Below, piece by piece: positions 6,369-7,979 of a stretch of 7,979 nt of DNA; position 1 is the stretch's first letter, and each line of letters starts with the position of its first letter. Source of the stretch: a virus (Duplodnaviria; Heunggongvirae; Uroviricota; Caudoviricetes); IMG/VR virus record IMGVR_UViG_2751185968_000016. One strand, 5' to 3'. The notes below the pieces were generated by a model. The model made no database searches. It saw only the letters and a list, made by a program, of their open reading frames with translations, and was not told where the DNA came from. The position numbers and the translations under genes were made by a program.

Positions 6369-6873
6369 ACAGGCTCGTGAGGCTCTGGATGCCTGGATAT
6401 GTCGACCAGGAATGACACAGGAGCAGGCGACGATATTAATCACTGAAGCATTCTGGGCTTTGAAAGAGCGCCCGAACATCGATGTTCAGCGTGTCACAGA
6501 TGAAGGTGGCGCGGTTGATCAGCGAGCGCTTGGCGTTAATCGAGTGAAGATATTCGAACGCTGGAAGGCTATCGACACCAGGGATAAGCGTGAAAAGTTC
6601 ACGGCGCTAGTGCCTGCAATTATGGAGGCTATCCGGATTAATGATTTCAGGTTGTATCGTGAAATTAGTGACGGAAAAAGCATCACGTACATGATCGCCG
6701 GGTTAAACAAAGAATATGGCGATGTGGTGGAGTCCGGACTGCTTTTTGCTGATCCTGCCGTAGTGGATCGTGAAACTGACGAACTTATAGAAAAAGCAAT
6801 TGCTTTCAAACTTGCGTATCGACAGCAATACCAACAAAAAGCTGGATGGAATTATGAGCCTTCTTTTTGCTGA
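6352..6873 (+). CDS. YdaT-like protein, 173 aa (CII-position regulator; sometimes annotated as a toxin)
   Basis: Overlaps the Cro-like stop by 17 nt. ERWKAIDTRDKREKFTALVPAIMEAI resembles the Rac YdaT core as I recall it. Sits at the cII position of lambdoid maps. Confidence 0.7.
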   Translation: MKITPEQAREALDAWICRPGMTQEQATILITEAFWALKERPNIDVQRVTDEGGAVDQRALGVNRVKIFERWKAIDTRDKREKFTALVPAIMEAIRINDFRLYREISDGKSITYMIAGLNKEYGDVVESGLLFADPAVVDRETDELIEKAIAFKLAYRQQYQQKAGWNYEPSFC

Positions 6874-7631
6874 ACGCCCACTGGTTATAAACACACAGCT
6901 TGCGATGAAGATTGGCTTAAATGAAGCCATTGTGTTGCAGCAGTTGCATTACTGGTTGAGAGATACCAATTCCGGCATGGAATGTGATGGTGTTCGCTGG
7001 ATTTACAACACAACGGAACAATGGCTGGAACAGTTCCCATTCTGGTCAGAGTCAACGTTAAAGCGCGCGTTTGCAAGTCTGAAAACGCTGGGGCTCTTGC
7101 GTTGTGAAAAGCTCAATAAATCAAAGCGCGATATGACCAATTTCTACACGATTAACTATGGGAGCGAGCTTTTAGATGATGGCAAATTGAGCGAATCCAT
7201 CGGTTCAAAATGCGCCGCTCCATCAGGTCAAAATGACACGATGGAAGAGGTCAAAATGAAACGCTCCATTGGTTCAAAACGACCCAATGTCATCGGGTCA
7301 AAATGGCCCGATGATCCTACAGAGAATACAACAGAGATTACTACAGAGAATAAAAACACTTTTCGTCCGGAAGCTTCGCAACCGGACCCGCAGACGGCTG
7401 AACAGGATTTTTTAATCCGGCACCCTGGCGCAGTTGTGTTTAGTGCGAAAAAACGCCAGTGGGGTAGCCAGGAGGATCTGGCGTGTGCGCAGTGGATATG
7501 GGGGCGGATCGTGGGTCTCTACGAACAGGCCGCCAGTGATGATGGCGAGATCATGCGACCAAAAGAGCCTAACTGGACTGTCTGGGCCAATGATGTGCGC
7601 ACAATGCGGATGCTGGATGGCAGAAGCCACA
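6854..7631 (+). pseudogene. Replication initiator (lambda O-like replisome organizer), C-terminally truncated by IS insertion
   Basis: The N-terminal domain FAERPLVINTQLAMKIGLNEAIVLQQLHYWL...TLKRAFASLKTLGLL is typical of phage O-type initiators. Iterons lie inside the gene. Homology-independent break at 7631/7632, where an IS terminal inverted repeat begins; the remaining track translation to 7792 is read-through into the IS. Confidence 0.6.
7195..7306. repeat. Five direct iterons (consensus about CATCGGTCAAAATG) at 23-24 bp spacing: candidate prophage replication origin
   Basis: TCAAAA cores at 7205, 7228, 7251, 7274 and 7298. Followed by an A-rich segment with a duplicated TACAGAGAATA (7318-7353). 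Embedded in the O-like gene, as lambda ori is in O. Confidence 0.6.
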
Positions 7632-7671
7632 TGAACCGCTCCGGGTTTCCTGGAGAGTGTTTTATCTGTGA
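7632..7671. repeat. Terminal inverted repeat of the IS3-family element
   Basis: TGAACCGCTCCGGGTTTCCTGGAGAG... begins with the 5'-TG characteristic of IS3-family ends and resembles the IS629/IS1203 end sequence as I recall it. Confidence 0.5.
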
Positions 7672-7673
7672 AC

Positions 7674-7979
7674 TCAGGCTGCCAGATCATCGTTTCCGAT
7701 GGAAGCATAATAAGCTTTTTCTGCTTCTGCCGGAGGGATGTGGCCCAGCCTTTCCAGCAATCGTCGATTATTATACCAGTCCACCCACGTGAGTGTGGCC
7801 AGTTCCACTTCTGCACGGTTTTTCCAGCTCTTACGGTGTATTACCTCCGCTTTGTAAAGACCATTGATGCTCTCCGCCATCGCGTTGTCATACGAGTCGC
7901 CTGTACTTCCTGTTGATGCCAGTAATCCGGCTTCCTTAAGCCGCTGTGTGTAGGCCAGCGATACATACTGAGAACCTTT
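7674..7979 (-). CDS. IS3-family transposase OrfB, C-terminal 101 aa (5' end outside the window)
   Basis: Minus-strand frame is open from the window end to the stop at 7674-7676: KGSQYVSLAYTQRLKEAGLLASTGSTGDSYDNAMAESINGLYKAEVIH...NNRRLLERLGH..., containing the DDE-domain YDNA..AES block typical of IS3-family OrfB. Confidence 0.85.
   Translation of the reverse strand, partial: KGSQYVSLAYTQRLKEAGLLASTGSTGDSYDNAMAESINGLYKAEVIHRKSWKNRAEVELATLTWVDWYNNRRLLERLGHIPPAEAEKAYYASIGNDDLAA

Larger units (their letters stand above)
7632..7979 (-). mobile_element. IS3-family insertion sequence (IS629/IS1203-like), partial; continues beyond the window end
   Basis: A terminal inverted repeat at 7632 followed by the 3' part of a transposase OrfB reading frame, interrupting the O-like gene. 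Confidence 0.75.

Noticed and set aside
6141-6873. Calling the YdaS-like/YdaT-like pair a toxin-antitoxin system
   Set aside because: Genomic context fits Cro/CII analogues of a lambdoid switch. Retained only as an alternative hypothesis in the findings.
6264-7076. Minus-strand ORFs 6264-6479, 6519-6809, 6703-6930 and 6885-7076
   Set aside because: Antisense to the Cro-like, YdaT-like and O-like genes; hydrophobic low-complexity translations with no start signals.
7195-7306. Possible CRISPR array suggested by the regularly spaced repeats
   Set aside because: Repeats are ~14 bp at 23-bp spacing inside a coding sequence, with no unique spacers of CRISPR size and no cas genes. They are better explained as origin iterons.
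7632-7792. The final ~53 codons of the 330-aa plus-strand ORF (MNRSGFPGECFICELRLPDH...)
   Set aside because: This is read-through into the IS terminal repeat and transposase antisense strand, not part of the replication protein.
7412-7916. ORFs 7412-7816 (-), 7434-7634 (+) and 7668-7916 (+)
   Set aside because: They overlap the O-like gene or the transposase in other frames, with no support as independent genes.

Overview
This window is the integrase-proximal arm plus the immunity and replication region of a lambdoid, Qin/dicB-type prophage of the kind found in Escherichia/Shigella. All calls come from reading the sequence and ORF track and from recalled protein families; no database search was run. 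Minus strand, right to left: a DicA-like repressor (5656-6063), three tiny coupled ORFs resembling ydfA/ydfB/ydfC (4930-5463), a ~340-nt hairpin-rich leader, the 53-nt DicF sRNA (4536-4588) with its terminator, dicB, ydfD, an 823-aa exonuclease-domain protein (1421-3892), and a lambda-type integrase with an in-frame excisionase-like N-terminus (1-1356). Plus strand: a Cro-like YdaS/DicC-family gene, a YdaT-like gene, and a lambda O-like replication initiator carrying five ~23-bp iterons, which is cut at 7631/7632 by an IS3-family (IS629-like) element that runs off the window end. The most unusual element is the 823-aa protein: a YdfE-like N-terminus, a heptad-repeat linker, a 4-Cys zinc ribbon flanked by sequence I recognise as RecE-like, and a C-terminal DEDDh 3'-5' exonuclease where RecE has a 5'-3' nuclease, with no annealase gene beside it. 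No CRISPR array, tRNA or rRNA was seen.
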